Shown here piece after piece: positions 49,868 to 60,655 of a stretch of 64,000 bases of DNA; positions within the stretch are counted from its first letter, which is position 1, and each line of letters opens with the position of its first letter. The DNA is taken from positions 128,001 through 192,000 of the forward strand of contig JALVYU010000026.1 of the NCBI GenBank assembly GCA_027022365.1, in the 5' to 3' direction. The position numbers and the translations under genes are program-made. Origin of the DNA: Desulfurococcales archaeon. Its GTDB lineage: Archaea > Thermoproteota > Thermoprotei_A > Sulfolobales > Desulfurococcaceae. Under the pieces are notes generated by a model. The model was not told the DNA's origin and searched no databases. It worked only from the letters and a program-made list of their open reading frames with translations.

Positions 49868-51073
49868 TTGATACAGCGAAAACTAGCGGCAATGTTATTC
49901 ATAGTCACGGCCTACACTGGTACAGTTGCTTTTAGGTTGAGTATGCCAGCCATAGCTTTTTATGCAAAAAACGTTCTCGAAGCATCAATGTTAGGTATAG
50001 GTCTTCTTACTTCATCCTTCTTTATTGCCCGCGGAATCACGGCAATAATTGCGGGTGGTCTAACGGATAAGCTCGGATCAAAGGTGCTGGTTGCATCGGC
50101 AGCGGGTTTCCTATTGAATGCTCTCGTGGTACAGCTTTACCCCGCTGTACCCAACATATACTGGTTGCTCCTTCTGAGATTTGTACAAGGAGTACTAAAC
50201 GGCTTTGCATGGGTGCCTATACAGGCTCTCCTCGGATTTATAACTAGTAAGAACATACGTGGAAGAATATACTCGATCTACTTTATACTTGGAGCGCTTG
50301 GAGCCCTATCAGGTAATCTCTTATATTCGGTGCTCTCATCAGCGCCGCTAACACGTATACTTATGATCTCATCAATATTCTTCATTATCTCGGGCATCGA
50401 GATAGTACTCGCTAAATCAATGATCGGCGAGAACGTATCGATAGACGGTAGATTCGAGAAGCGCGGCGAGCCAAGCGCAAGACATGCTGTCCAAACAACC
50501 ATCCTGACAATCGTGCCGTTGATACTTGTTGTGCTTTCAAGCAGTATGTTCAGCTCGATACTGAAGGGTGATCTTATATATGTTTACCTCAACGTATACC
50601 TAGGACTATCCAGATCTGCTGCTTCCCTCATAATCGGGTTTGCAGGAGTGATCGTTCTCCCCGTGAACTATATGATCAGTTGGATAGCTGATAAGAAAAG
50701 CAGCAAAATAGCGCTAGAAATAGCATTGACTATGGGCATTCTAGGGGGATTGTTACTATCAACTAGAAATCCCCTACTAGCAGTACCCGGGCTCATCCTT
50801 GCAATGATAGGTGGATCAAGTATTGTACCTGTAACAAGGAAACTAGCCGTTTCGATTAGATCTTATGGTGGAACGAGTATCGGCCTAATAAATACTTCTG
50901 GAAACATCGGCAGCATGGCCGGATCAGCTATCGCAGGCTTATTATTTGATCGTCTAGGCAACATCTATCTCGCCGGAGAACTAGTATTACCTATGATACT
51001 AATGATTCTGCCCCTAGTTATCGCGATTGCCCTTGTCACATTAGCGTTAAAGGAGAATTTCTCTGAGAACTAA
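49868..51073 (+). CDS. MFS transporter
   Basis: ~12 TM, GGLTDKLG motif A, LRFVQG. Confidence 0.88.
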   Translation: MIQRKLAAMLFIVTAYTGTVAFRLSMPAIAFYAKNVLEASMLGIGLLTSSFFIARGITAIIAGGLTDKLGSKVLVASAAGFLLNALVVQLYPAVPNIYWLLLLRFVQGVLNGFAWVPIQALLGFITSKNIRGRIYSIYFILGALGALSGNLLYSVLSSAPLTRILMISSIFFIISGIEIVLAKSMIGENVSIDGRFEKRGEPSARHAVQTTILTIVPLILVVLSSSMFSSILKGDLIYVYLNVYLGLSRSAASLIIGFAGVIVLPVNYMISWIADKKSSKIALEIALTMGILGGLLLSTRNPLLAVPGLILAMIGGSSIVPVTRKLAVSIRSYGGTSIGLINTSGNIGSMAGSAIAGLLFDRLGNIYLAGELVLPMILMILPLVIAIALVTLALKENFSEN

Positions 51074-51337
51074 CCATAATTTTTCTCGTCTTACTGAGGA
51101 GCAGGCCTTACTGTTCGGTAAACGTAATATTTTCCTTCTCTAGTCAAATGCATCCCGAATCCCTATATCCTCTAATAAAAAGAAGTGAATCAATTATGGT
51201 TCGCTAGCTACTTCTATGATCTCATAATGTTGCGGTCATGCAATAAACATGCATTCTCACACAAACTAAGGTGGTGCTAGCATATTTTATCTTATTGAGC
51301 ATAATATAGGTACATGATAGAGATCAAGGTGTTATGA

Positions 51338-52954
51338 TTGACGAATAGAGAATCCATTGGGTTCACCGAGGCTTTTAGTATAGGAGTAGGCGGCATGATT
51401 GGCGGAGGAATATTCGCTGTCCTTGGTCTCAGCCTTCAACTAGCAGGCGCTGCTGCGCCAATAGCCTTTCTTATTGCTGGCCTTATAGCATTAGCAACGG
51501 CTTACTCATATTCAAAACTATCTATTAGATACCCCAGCGAGGGAGGAACGATAGAGTACCTGGTAAGGGCTTATGGGAACGGCGTCTTCTCGGGCGGCCT
51601 CAACATAATGTTGCTTGCAAGCTACATCGTTATGATATCGCTCTATAGCTATGCCTTTGGAAGCTATGGAGCAAGCATACTTGGGGGCTCCATACTAGCT
51701 AAACACTTACTGGCAACACTGGCTATAGTCATATTCACAATAATCAATGCCTTGGGGGCGGTGATAACCGGGAGGACCGAGGACGCCCTTGTCTTGTTCA
51801 AGGTGGCGATACTCGTTCTAGTTGTTGGTGCTGGTTTCTCCTTCGTGGACTGGGGGCGGATGTCTCCCTCAAACTGGCCAGGTCCTGTTAACATCATAAC
51901 TGGTGGGATGATCATATTTCTAGCCTATGAGGGCTTCGAACTAATAGCCAACACTGCAAAGGATGTCAGTGACATAAAGGTTTTGCCCAAAGCATTCATA
52001 TCAGCCGTGGTATTCGTAACAACAATTTACGTCCTAGTAGCGATCGTCACGGCCGGTACACTGACCCCACAACAAGTCGCTGTCGCCAGAGACTATGCAC
52101 TAGCCATGGCGGCTAAACCGGCCCTCGGCGAGCTAGGCTTTCTACTCATAGTTGTAGCAGCTCTTGCATCAACTAGTAGCGCCATCAATGCTACGCTTTA
52201 CGGCACAGCAAGGGCTAGCTATATTGTCGCTAAATATGGCCAGCTACCAAAGATCGTTGAGAAGAGAGTATGGAGAAACGCCTACGAGGGACTAATACTG
52301 ATCAGTATCCTCAGCGTCATAATGGTTAACACTACAAGCCTAGAAGCAATAAGTGCGGCTGGTAGTGGAGGCTTCCTAACGATCTTCATGATGGTTAATT
52401 TCGCTGCCTATAAGCTCCGTAGAGAAACAGGCGCAAATAAATACATAACGTTGCTTGGAGGCTTCGCAACACTATTTGCTCTGGCCCTGCTCGTCCTTAG
52501 GATGATCCAGCTTGCCCCGACGAAACTATCCGTGTTCATAACGCTCCTCGTTCTCTCGTTCCTCATAGAATACATCATACGCCGCACGACAGGCAGGGAG
52601 ATATCGAAATACATAGACCCGGATCTCGAGAAGCGCGAGAAACACATAAGGAGCTGGCACGAGTGGATACACAGGGTTATCAAGGAGATCCTCGAGGAAT
52701 TCAGAGATGCGGAGATATATATTGTCGGAAGCATTGCTAGGGGAGAAATACATAGATCCCACGATGTCGACGTAATGATTGTTAGTAGTAAGGTCCCGGC
52801 AGACAAGAATGAGAGGCTAAAGAAGAAGCTAGAGCTCATGACTATTAAACCCCATCTTAGAGAGTACCCTGTCGACATACATTTGGTGAGGCCAGAAGAA
52901 AAAGAGGAGTGGCTCAAGAAACAACACAAAAAACTAGAATCAAAGGAAGCATAG
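51338..52954 (+). CDS. APC-family amino acid permease with C-terminal nucleotidyltransferase domain
   Basis: GGMIGGGIF and FLAYEGFE APC motifs; C-terminal IVGSIARGE..SHDVDVMIV..VDIHLV. Confidence 0.88.
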   Translation: MTNRESIGFTEAFSIGVGGMIGGGIFAVLGLSLQLAGAAAPIAFLIAGLIALATAYSYSKLSIRYPSEGGTIEYLVRAYGNGVFSGGLNIMLLASYIVMISLYSYAFGSYGASILGGSILAKHLLATLAIVIFTIINALGAVITGRTEDALVLFKVAILVLVVGAGFSFVDWGRMSPSNWPGPVNIITGGMIIFLAYEGFELIANTAKDVSDIKVLPKAFISAVVFVTTIYVLVAIVTAGTLTPQQVAVARDYALAMAAKPALGELGFLLIVVAALASTSSAINATLYGTARASYIVAKYGQLPKIVEKRVWRNAYEGLILISILSVIMVNTTSLEAISAAGSGGFLTIFMMVNFAAYKLRRETGANKYITLLGGFATLFALALLVLRMIQLAPTKLSVFITLLVLSFLIEYIIRRTTGREISKYIDPDLEKREKHIRSWHEWIHRVIKEILEEFRDAEIYIVGSIARGEIHRSHDVDVMIVSSKVPADKNERLKKKLELMTIKPHLREYPVDIHLVRPEEKEEWLKKQHKKLESKEA

Positions 52955-53065
52955 TGAGTAGGCATTCCATCAAGAATTTATTTGTTATCCTTCAATTAAT
53001 TCGTATCCGGAGAAACATATGCATGTATCTATGATATAGGATAAATAGGGTAAGGTTGATGAGAT

Positions 53066-54277
53066 ATGGCAAAGCCCAGGGGACTAGTTGTAGGCCTGGA
53101 CTTGCTGTTCATGAGCGTTAACTTCAGCGCACTAACACTGTTTGCCGCACTCAGTACGTATATATCAAGCTCTATCGGTATCGATAAGTTCACCGAGTGG
53201 CTGGCGTCAGCCGTTTATAGCGCTGGTATATTCGCCGCGTTTTTCATCGGCCACTCGAGATACACGGAAGAACATCCCAGGAAGACAGTGTTCATCGCAG
53301 CCATACTGGCGTCAATACCCCAGTTCCTCATACCATACTCCATAAATCCATGGGAAGTGGTCATCTTGAGATTCATACAGGGAATGGTTATGATGGCGTT
53401 GCCGATATTCTCATCACAGGTCGGACTATTGTTTGCTGAGGCTCGACCATTAGCGCTGGGCATAATATTGTCGGGAATATTCGTCGGAGGCCTAATAGGC
53501 TCCAGTGTAGGCCCTCTACTGGCAACAAGCATAGGCTGGAGAGCCACCTACATATTGTTCGGTATCGCAATGTTAATAGCGGCATTCATATGGATCGGAC
53601 TGACGCCGTGTGACGCACTACCGGTTCACAAAGAAGTTAAGACCGAGAAACGCGTTAGTGTATGGAAAGACCCGTTCACAATCCTCTGGGGCTTCTCGTT
53701 CTTCCCAGCAATATGGATAATCTTCACACTGGCACCACTGATCTCATTCATAGTTGAGAGTATGGGTGCCCCTTGCAGCGTTAATAAGCTGTCCTCAACG
53801 GTGCTTGAAGCATCCTATCTCAGCTGGTCTATAATCATAGGCGGAGTAGCATATGCCTTAGCCCGTCGCAAAACCGGGACGCCGCACAACATGTTCAATA
53901 CGTTTGCATCAGTACAGCTGTTCTGCTTCATAGTAACGTTCGTAGGAGTACTGATCGTTATGAACTCCCGTAACGTCGCTATGTTATTGGCGGGACTAGT
54001 ACTTGTAGCAATGATTCAGGGAACAGGCCCTACATTCTGGTCGGCGCCATCAACGGCGTACCCTGAAGACCTAGCGATAAGAGCAGGATATGCTCTCGGT
54101 TTGATCTCCAACTCTGCCGCATTGGTCGGCCCTATGACATCTGTCGCAGTGCACAGCGTCACTGCTGTTTGGGGTATAATACTGTTCATGGCGATACTCG
54201 GTGCGGTACTGACATTCATTGGTATGAAGATGAAACTACCCATCGAGAAATACGGTTCTGAAAACCGAGTAGAATGA
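53066..54277 (+). CDS. MFS transporter
   Basis: ~12 TM, LRFIQG, GWRATY. Confidence 0.85.
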   Translation: MAKPRGLVVGLDLLFMSVNFSALTLFAALSTYISSSIGIDKFTEWLASAVYSAGIFAAFFIGHSRYTEEHPRKTVFIAAILASIPQFLIPYSINPWEVVILRFIQGMVMMALPIFSSQVGLLFAEARPLALGIILSGIFVGGLIGSSVGPLLATSIGWRATYILFGIAMLIAAFIWIGLTPCDALPVHKEVKTEKRVSVWKDPFTILWGFSFFPAIWIIFTLAPLISFIVESMGAPCSVNKLSSTVLEASYLSWSIIIGGVAYALARRKTGTPHNMFNTFASVQLFCFIVTFVGVLIVMNSRNVAMLLAGLVLVAMIQGTGPTFWSAPSTAYPEDLAIRAGYALGLISNSAALVGPMTSVAVHSVTAVWGIILFMAILGAVLTFIGMKMKLPIEKYGSENRVE

Positions 54278-54316
54278 ATAAGATCTACATAAACATAACA
54301 TAAACGTTTTTATCAA

Positions 54317-54880
54317 TTATTTCTCGGTCTTCATTGTTTCACGTAGGAAGAATGGGATAAATGATATACTTGAAAGTATCTCTGGAATAGCGGCGCCGGG
54401 CGGAAGATGATATGCGAAGTGAAGCATCCATATTACGACATCTATAATAGCAATAATAAACGCTGGCAAGGAAACATGGATGTAGCCATAGGATGTCAGG
54501 TAAGCAATTATCGCTAGGAAAAACGCGACCGATACGATGAAATGAATGTATCCATACGATTCATTCAGGACACCTATGAGGATTAATGTGAACCCGGCAA
54601 TACACAATATGAGCCTATTTACTGCTCTGATGCCCTGGGATAATGCGGTTGCCAAACCGAGTAGATATCCTCCGAGCGCTAGTCCCGAATTGAAGATTGG
54701 TGCTGAACATATATGCTCCATCTCGCCTAGGTCGCTGAGAGCATTTGACCATATACTAAACCAAGGTGCACGTATTACAGCCAGTATTATCGCTATGTAT
54801 GGAGCCAATATTGAGGATATTGCGATGACTTTGAAAACATTGTCTCGTGTGATGAGAAGGTGTTCGGTGGGATTGTTCAT
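54317..54880 (-). CDS. DUF998-family membrane protein
   Basis: PWFSIWSNALSDLG, IFN, HF, AIPE. Confidence 0.82.
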   Translation of the reverse strand: MNNPTEHLLITRDNVFKVIAISSILAPYIAIILAVIRAPWFSIWSNALSDLGEMEHICSAPIFNSGLALGGYLLGLATALSQGIRAVNRLILCIAGFTLILIGVLNESYGYIHFIVSVAFFLAIIAYLTSYGYIHVSLPAFIIAIIDVVIWMLHFAYHLPPGAAIPEILSSISFIPFFLRETMKTEK

Positions 54881-54892
54881 AGTTTATACCCG

Positions 54893-56113
54893 TCATATTT
54901 TTTCTATTAATAACGTTATAAGGTATGCCATCAGCACAATTGCTACTACTAGTGCAATATTGATTATTATTATTTGAAATGCTGTGGCTGGCCCCGTCTT
55001 TTTATGCACTATGAATGTTATGTCCAAGTTCTTGACAAGCTTAACCCTTGTATCGCTACTCGGTGTCTGGATGAGTATATGCTTTATTTCCTTCATAGGT
55101 ATTGGTTTCGATATCAGGACATAGTAGTTTGACGAAAAAATTTTCTTCCCATAAATTGGCGACGCGGTTGTGCCGTTCTTGTATATAATTACTAATCTGT
55201 AGCTTTGTTTTACGGGAGCGGGGCCACTAATATTCTCTTCTTCGATCACAATACGTAAAGGAGATGTAGAAGAGCCTACTAGGTTTACCCTTATTTGCTT
55301 GTCCTGATGCTGTAGGGAGACATTGATAGGTGCTGAAGATATAAATGCTATTTTCCCAATTATCTCGGGTTTTCTACGTTCTATGAGTAATCCAGTAGAG
55401 TAATGTGCTCCGAAACCCGGGTTATCAGTGGTTATCTCGACTTCCGATTCAACGAGTAAATTGGTATTATTCTTGTTATCTTTTTGGTAATACATGTAGT
55501 ATTCGTATAGTGGTGTGCCTGTTAGCATGTCGCTGTACGAAGCATAAATGAATCTCTCAACAACTTTATCGTGGCGGTAAGTGTAGGAGTATCTTGTTTC
55601 GAGGCAGTATGTGTTCTTATAATATGCTACAACCGTTGCGTTGGGCTTCGTAACCCATTTAGGCCATATGAAGGGCTTAGACGCAAGTTTTATCTGTACA
55701 TTACCTGTTATATTGGTTAGCTGTAGGATCAATGGGATCATGGTTCTGTTCTTAGTAGTGATGTATTCATGTAGATGTGCTATCTGAGCGTTTACGGTTA
55801 TACTTGGTATTCCAGCTATTTTCGTTATACTTATATTGATCAGCGATACTGATACCGGTGTAACCATATTTTTTCCTAGAGGACCTACAAGGAGCTTGTA
55901 TTTCATGATTATTTCAAATCCTTTAGGTGATACAAGCCCGAGTAGTACGGGGACAAGTGGCTTGCCCGAATATATTATTCTGAAATACCCCCGATACAGG
56001 TAGTAGCCAATGTATAGTGTACTCTTATCCGTGCCTCCATACACTAACAAATTCGTGAGACTTCCGAGAATGATCAGGGCAAGCAATAATATGGTTAAAA
56101 TGTTTTTGGACAA
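54893..56113 (-). CDS. Hypothetical secreted/membrane-anchored protein
   Basis: N-terminal signal/TM and C-terminal TM around a beta-rich domain. Confidence 0.65.
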   Translation of the reverse strand: MSKNILTILLLALIILGSLTNLLVYGGTDKSTLYIGYYLYRGYFRIIYSGKPLVPVLLGLVSPKGFEIIMKYKLLVGPLGKNMVTPVSVSLINISITKIAGIPSITVNAQIAHLHEYITTKNRTMIPLILQLTNITGNVQIKLASKPFIWPKWVTKPNATVVAYYKNTYCLETRYSYTYRHDKVVERFIYASYSDMLTGTPLYEYYMYYQKDNKNNTNLLVESEVEITTDNPGFGAHYSTGLLIERRKPEIIGKIAFISSAPINVSLQHQDKQIRVNLVGSSTSPLRIVIEEENISGPAPVKQSYRLVIIYKNGTTASPIYGKKIFSSNYYVLISKPIPMKEIKHILIQTPSSDTRVKLVKNLDITFIVHKKTGPATAFQIIIINIALVVAIVLMAYLITLLIEKI

Positions 56114-56248
56114 ATTATTCCCCTTAACTAATGGTTATTCGGTTAAGGGCCCACCTCCTCACAGCCGTCCACGGCTCGGCTATGCGGGCAAACATTCATC
56201 AATAATATTATCAATAATACTAACAATTTATTAGTGTAGGGGGACCAG

Positions 56249-57046
56249 GTGGTATCCGTGTTTAATATAGAAGGATTAAGAGTGATAATTACTGCATCAA
56301 GTAGAGGTATAGGCTTCGGTATTGCCAAGGTATTAGTCAGGGAAGGGGCCAGGGTAGTGATCTCTTCTAGGAATAAGGAGAGGCTGTATAGGGCGCTACA
56401 TGAGCTTAACAATATAGGCTCTGGAGAGGCCTATGCTGTACAGGCTGATCTCACTCGCCGAGAAGATATTGAGAGATTAGTCGAAGAATCCCTGGATAAG
56501 CTTGGCGGGCTAGATGCCATAGTCTATGTTACTGGGCCCCCTAGGCCAGGGAGATTCCAAGACCTTGGACTCGATGATTGGGAATACGGTGTCAGACTGC
56601 TGGTAATGAGCGCGGTCTGGCTTACTTATTACTCCCTGCCCTACATACTGGAGTCGGCTAATCCTTCTATAGTATATGTCACGAGCGTCGCTGTAAGGGA
56701 GCCTATCGAGACCATTGCTTTGTCTAATACGCTGAGAATAAGTGTTCATGGTCTCGTAAAGACACTTGCAAGAGAACTTGGAAGGAAAGGTGTGAGAGTC
56801 AACGCGGTGCTCCCTGGGTACATATACACGGATAGGATCAGGGAGATCGCGTCCGATAAGGCTGTGAGAACCGGGAAATCTGAAGAAGAAATAATCAATG
56901 ATATGATCAAAGAAGTGCCTCTCGGCAGGATAGGTAGACCCGAAGAAGTGGGTTATCTTGTCGCTTTCCTGCTGAGCAATTACGCATCTTATATCAATGG
57001 TGCATCTATACCTATAGATGGAGGGCTCCTTAAGTCGGTGTTTTGA
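56249..57046 (+). CDS. Short-chain dehydrogenase/reductase
   Basis: TASSRGIG, VRVNAVLPG, PLGRIGRPEE, YING..IDGG. Confidence 0.92.
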   Translation: MVSVFNIEGLRVIITASSRGIGFGIAKVLVREGARVVISSRNKERLYRALHELNNIGSGEAYAVQADLTRREDIERLVEESLDKLGGLDAIVYVTGPPRPGRFQDLGLDDWEYGVRLLVMSAVWLTYYSLPYILESANPSIVYVTSVAVREPIETIALSNTLRISVHGLVKTLARELGRKGVRVNAVLPGYIYTDRIREIASDKAVRTGKSEEEIINDMIKEVPLGRIGRPEEVGYLVAFLLSNYASYINGASIPIDGGLLKSVF

Positions 57047-57102
57047 TCGGACAATACCAGCCTAAACATTATGAGACTTGATCGGAAAACATATTTTGTC
57101 GG

Positions 57103-57152
57103 GTGCTGAGCGGCTGGTACCTGATTCTAATGATGAACAACACCTAGGCTAA
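57103..57152 (+). ncRNA. C/D-box guide sRNA (candidate, degenerate C and D boxes)
   Basis: GTGCTGA, guide GCGGCTGGTAC, CTGA, ATGATGA, 12-nt guide, CTAA. Confidence 0.5.
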
Positions 57153-57156
57153 GCAT

Positions 57157-57213
57157 GGGATGATGAGGCCGGCCTGTCCCTAGTGATGGGGAGGGCCTTG
57201 GCCTCTGCTGACC
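57157..57213 (+). ncRNA. C/D-box guide sRNA (candidate)
   Basis: GGG-ATGATGA ... CTGA-CCC with terminal stem; 51 nt from C box to D box. Confidence 0.65.
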
Positions 57214-57215
57214 CT

Positions 57216-58574
57216 TTATTTCTTCTTTCTCAGCAACGCGTAGTAAAAGCCGATGGTCCCGTGAATGTGGGGATACGCTCTCATAGTTCCGGGGAGTAGT
57301 GGTGATGGCTTGAAGGGTTTTGTTAGATGTATTAGTTCTGCATCGTCGTGGCTCTCAGTGAATTCTTTTATGATTTTTTCTCCCTCCTCGACTAGGACAC
57401 TACATACTGTGTATAGGAGTCTCCCACTTGGCCTTAACAGCCTCCATCCAGCCTCGAGAAGCTCGCGTTGAAGCCTCGTTATCTCTCTTATATCCTCGTC
57501 TCTGTACCTCCATCTCACATCAGGGTTCCTGGCCAGTGCACCGGTAGAGCTACAAGGGGGGTCTACGAGTACATAGTCCATGGTCTCTTCTCCGAGTATC
57601 TCGGGGGCTTTCCTGGCGTCTTCAACATGTATTGTTACCGCCTTCAGCGTGCCTGTTCGTTCGAGAAGCGCTCTCAACCTTTTAGCTCTATCACTGTATA
57701 TTTCAAAGCTGTGGATCTCTGATTTTAGTCCCGTGTACTCGGCCAAGTAGCTTGTCTTTCCCCCCGGCGCCGAGCATAGATCAGCAATACGTGTGCCCGG
57801 TTTTGGATCCAGCAGTTCGACCGCCACCATGCTCGACTCGTCCTGCGGAGTCAGTATCCCTGTCTCTATCAGCTTCACAGCATCTTTGCCGAGAGGGCCA
57901 CGTATTATGACCGCGTTTCTACTATATCTTCCCGGCTCGACGCTGTATCCTGCTTTTTTCAGGAATACGAGAATCGCTTTTCGGCTTGCCTTTAAAGTGT
58001 TTACTCTAAATGTCTTTGTATACTGCTTATATGTTAGAGCCAAGAATGCCTCGAGGTCTTCTCCTAGGAGATCGAAGCTATTCCTCAACGCGTAGTAGAG
58101 GCTAGGTGAAACACGGTATTCTAGAAGTATCTTCTCCTCCGGGCTTTTAGGCCTCCATTTAGTCTCCGCTATTTTATTGATATATTCTATGTTATCGGTT
58201 CTCGCACGGAGTGCCAGATACTTTTTAGCATATCTTGTCACGGTGTGTTTCAGGCTATGTCCGGCTCTTGGGTCAAGCTGTAAGACGTATGTAACAAGTC
58301 TCAGCACCGATCTCGTGATGCTATCTAACTCGTATGGTTTCTTCCCTGTAATCTCCTCTATGATCTTATCTACTATACCGAGGTTTCTGAAGACACTATA
58401 TATTATGCCCGATGCCCGCCTATCCAGAGGTGTCCCCTGGAGCTTGTACTTGATCATGGCTCTCCTGATCGGTTCCTGCACGGGTTTAATTTTCTCTCCC
58501 TGCCTTACAGCCTCGATGACAGCATATATCATTCTCTCATAGTCTTTCGCTGAAACCATTCTTTCCTCCCACAT
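57216..58574 (-). CDS. RsmB/Fmu-family RNA m5C methyltransferase with NusB-like N-domain
   Basis: FRVNTLK, QDESS, DLCSAPGGKT, DPPCS, YTVCS. Confidence 0.92.
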   Translation of the reverse strand: MWEERMVSAKDYERMIYAVIEAVRQGEKIKPVQEPIRRAMIKYKLQGTPLDRRASGIIYSVFRNLGIVDKIIEEITGKKPYELDSITRSVLRLVTYVLQLDPRAGHSLKHTVTRYAKKYLALRARTDNIEYINKIAETKWRPKSPEEKILLEYRVSPSLYYALRNSFDLLGEDLEAFLALTYKQYTKTFRVNTLKASRKAILVFLKKAGYSVEPGRYSRNAVIIRGPLGKDAVKLIETGILTPQDESSMVAVELLDPKPGTRIADLCSAPGGKTSYLAEYTGLKSEIHSFEIYSDRAKRLRALLERTGTLKAVTIHVEDARKAPEILGEETMDYVLVDPPCSSTGALARNPDVRWRYRDEDIREITRLQRELLEAGWRLLRPSGRLLYTVCSVLVEEGEKIIKEFTESHDDAELIHLTKPFKPSPLLPGTMRAYPHIHGTIGFYYALLRKKK

Positions 58575-58645
58575 ACCTATGGTCGACTATACTGTATTTG
58601 TACCTCGTCCACCACTATCTATTATGTGGAGAGGTGGTGGTTTGA

Positions 58646-59815
58646 TTGGTGTTTAAACTTGGTTTTGCGACAACATACCCCCCCACTCACTGTGGCATTG
58701 CCGAGTACTCTCGCATGCTTTTAATGGCTATGAAATCCATTATGCCCTCTATCGAGGCATATGTTTTCGCGGACAGGCTCGGCGGTGACAAGAGATTCGA
58801 CGAGTTCGCCCGTGTAAAGGTTTATCCGTCCTTTACTCATCAGGAGAGGGGTTACGGCGGATTACTCGATAAGCTTACGGAACTCGGCGGAGTCGATGTT
58901 CTTCATGTACAGCACGAGTACGGTATCTTTGGCCTGCACAACGGGTTGATCCATGCTGTTGAGGAAGCTGTCAGGGAGAGGCTTGCAAAGAAGATAGTTA
59001 TAACCATGCACACAGTTGATCACCCGAACTCGCCGAGAAAGGCGGCGATAGAGTTCCAGTCCTATCTAAATGTTTTCGATGCCGTCATCGTGCACAGCGT
59101 CCTCCAGGAATTTGAACTACAACACCAGGATATCCACCCACTAAAAATATATAGGATCCCCCATGGAACCATGTTGAACCCATACCTCTGGATGCCGAGA
59201 TTCAAGTTAATGGAGGAGCTCGGCCTCAAATCAGAGCAGCTACGGGGCTTCATAGTTGTTGTCCCGGGTTTTCTCAGGAAGGATAAGGGTTTCGACATAC
59301 TTGTCAGGGCCGTCAAGCCATTGTTGAAGGAGAGGGGTTTTACTCTTATCGTTGCAGGGGAGACGAAGGATCCTGTTCTTAGGCGGGAGCTCGAGGAGAT
59401 GATCAGGAACGGGCCCAATACGATCTTCATAGAGCGGTATCTGGCCAATGAAGAAATACTCAAACTCGTGGCCCTGGCCGACGCCGTCGTGCTACCATAT
59501 AGAGATAGGCCTAAATCCTATAGCGTGTCCGGCATACTTCATCTCTCCATGGGCGGGTTGAAGCCGATCATAGGTACTAGGACGCCTAGGCTGATCGAGC
59601 TATACCAGCACGCCCCACGCCTCACAGTCCCGCCGAAATCACCGAGGGAATTAACAAAGAAGATCAGGTGGCTGTCGAAGAACTATGACCTCGCAATAGC
59701 GTATATGGGGTCGCTATACAGCTATGCTGTGAGAACTCAGTGGCTGAGAATGGCCCGCAGGCACTTGTCCCTCTACGCCTACCTCTTGGGAGTCGACCGT
59801 GTGACCGATATCTAG
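58646..59815 (+). CDS. GT4-family glycosyltransferase
   Basis: TYPPTHCGIAEY, HVQHEYG, IPHG, DKG, LPY. Confidence 0.88.
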   Translation: MVFKLGFATTYPPTHCGIAEYSRMLLMAMKSIMPSIEAYVFADRLGGDKRFDEFARVKVYPSFTHQERGYGGLLDKLTELGGVDVLHVQHEYGIFGLHNGLIHAVEEAVRERLAKKIVITMHTVDHPNSPRKAAIEFQSYLNVFDAVIVHSVLQEFELQHQDIHPLKIYRIPHGTMLNPYLWMPRFKLMEELGLKSEQLRGFIVVVPGFLRKDKGFDILVRAVKPLLKERGFTLIVAGETKDPVLRRELEEMIRNGPNTIFIERYLANEEILKLVALADAVVLPYRDRPKSYSVSGILHLSMGGLKPIIGTRTPRLIELYQHAPRLTVPPKSPRELTKKIRWLSKNYDLAIAYMGSLYSYAVRTQWLRMARRHLSLYAYLLGVDRVTDI

Positions 59816-59838
59816 ATAACGATAAGGCGACCGGTATA

Positions 59839-60381
59839 GTGGATAAGATCATCTGTAGGACGATGTATCGCAACACCGAGATCATAGGTTTGAGGGGCGA
59901 TATTACCCGCCTAAAAGTCGATGCTATTGTGAATCCGGCGAACAGCCTGATGATCATGGGCGGCGGTGTTGCCGGAGCTATAAAGAGGCGTGGAGGAAAG
60001 ATGATCGAGGAGGAAGCGAAGAGGCACGCCCCCGTACCCGTTGGGAGAGCAGTGGTTACCCGTGCTGGCAGACTTCCAGCGAAGTACGTCATACACGCCC
60101 CGACTATGGAGAGACCGGCCATGATGATACCGGTTGAGAACGCCTATAAGGCGACCAGAGCAGCCTTGATCAAAGCACTGGATCTATCCCTCGAATCAAT
60201 AGCGTTGCCAGGTATGGGTACAGGCGTCGGAGGCTTATCGCCGAGAGAAGCAGGTAAGGCTATGGCCAGAGCGATCAAGGAGATACTCGACCTAGGGACG
60301 AAACTTAGGAAGATATATGTTGTCGACCTAAACGAAGAGATACCTCTAGAAGTATGCAGGAACATAGAGGCGGAGCCGTAG
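59839..60381 (+). CDS. Macro-domain ADP-ribose-binding protein/hydrolase
   Basis: GDIT, AIVNPANS, GGGVAGAI, VIHA, GTGVGG; start reset to GTG 59839. Confidence 0.92.
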   Translation: MDKIICRTMYRNTEIIGLRGDITRLKVDAIVNPANSLMIMGGGVAGAIKRRGGKMIEEEAKRHAPVPVGRAVVTRAGRLPAKYVIHAPTMERPAMMIPVENAYKATRAALIKALDLSLESIALPGMGTGVGGLSPREAGKAMARAIKEILDLGTKLRKIYVVDLNEEIPLEVCRNIEAEP

Positions 60382-60383
60382 AG

Positions 60384-60650
60384 ATGCGGGTGGTTGTCAA
60401 GTACTTGTTGTGGATGCGGGAAAAAGCAGGGACGAACAAGGAGGAGTATATCTTAGAGGAGAACAGCACAATCGAAGACCTGCTCGAGAAAATAATCAGT
60501 AAGCACGAGAACCTAAGAAAACACCTCGCTAACCCATTTACACGAGAAAACCCAGTTCTAATAACAATTAACGGCCGCACAGCCCGGCCAGGAGCTAGAC
60601 TAAGAGAAAACGATACAGTAACGATAATGCCGCCAGTATCAGGAGGATAA
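60384..60650 (+). CDS. moaD: MoaD/ThiS ubiquitin-like sulfur carrier
   Basis: beta-grasp pattern, ING, C-terminal PPVSGG. Confidence 0.88.
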   Translation: MRVVVKYLLWMREKAGTNKEEYILEENSTIEDLLEKIISKHENLRKHLANPFTRENPVLITINGRTARPGARLRENDTVTIMPPVSGG

Positions 60651-60655
60651 AATAA

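Noticed and set aside
56146-56195. GC-rich hairpin followed by ACA between divergent genes
   Set aside because: No K-turn/K-loop and a weak lower stem; insufficient for an H/ACA call
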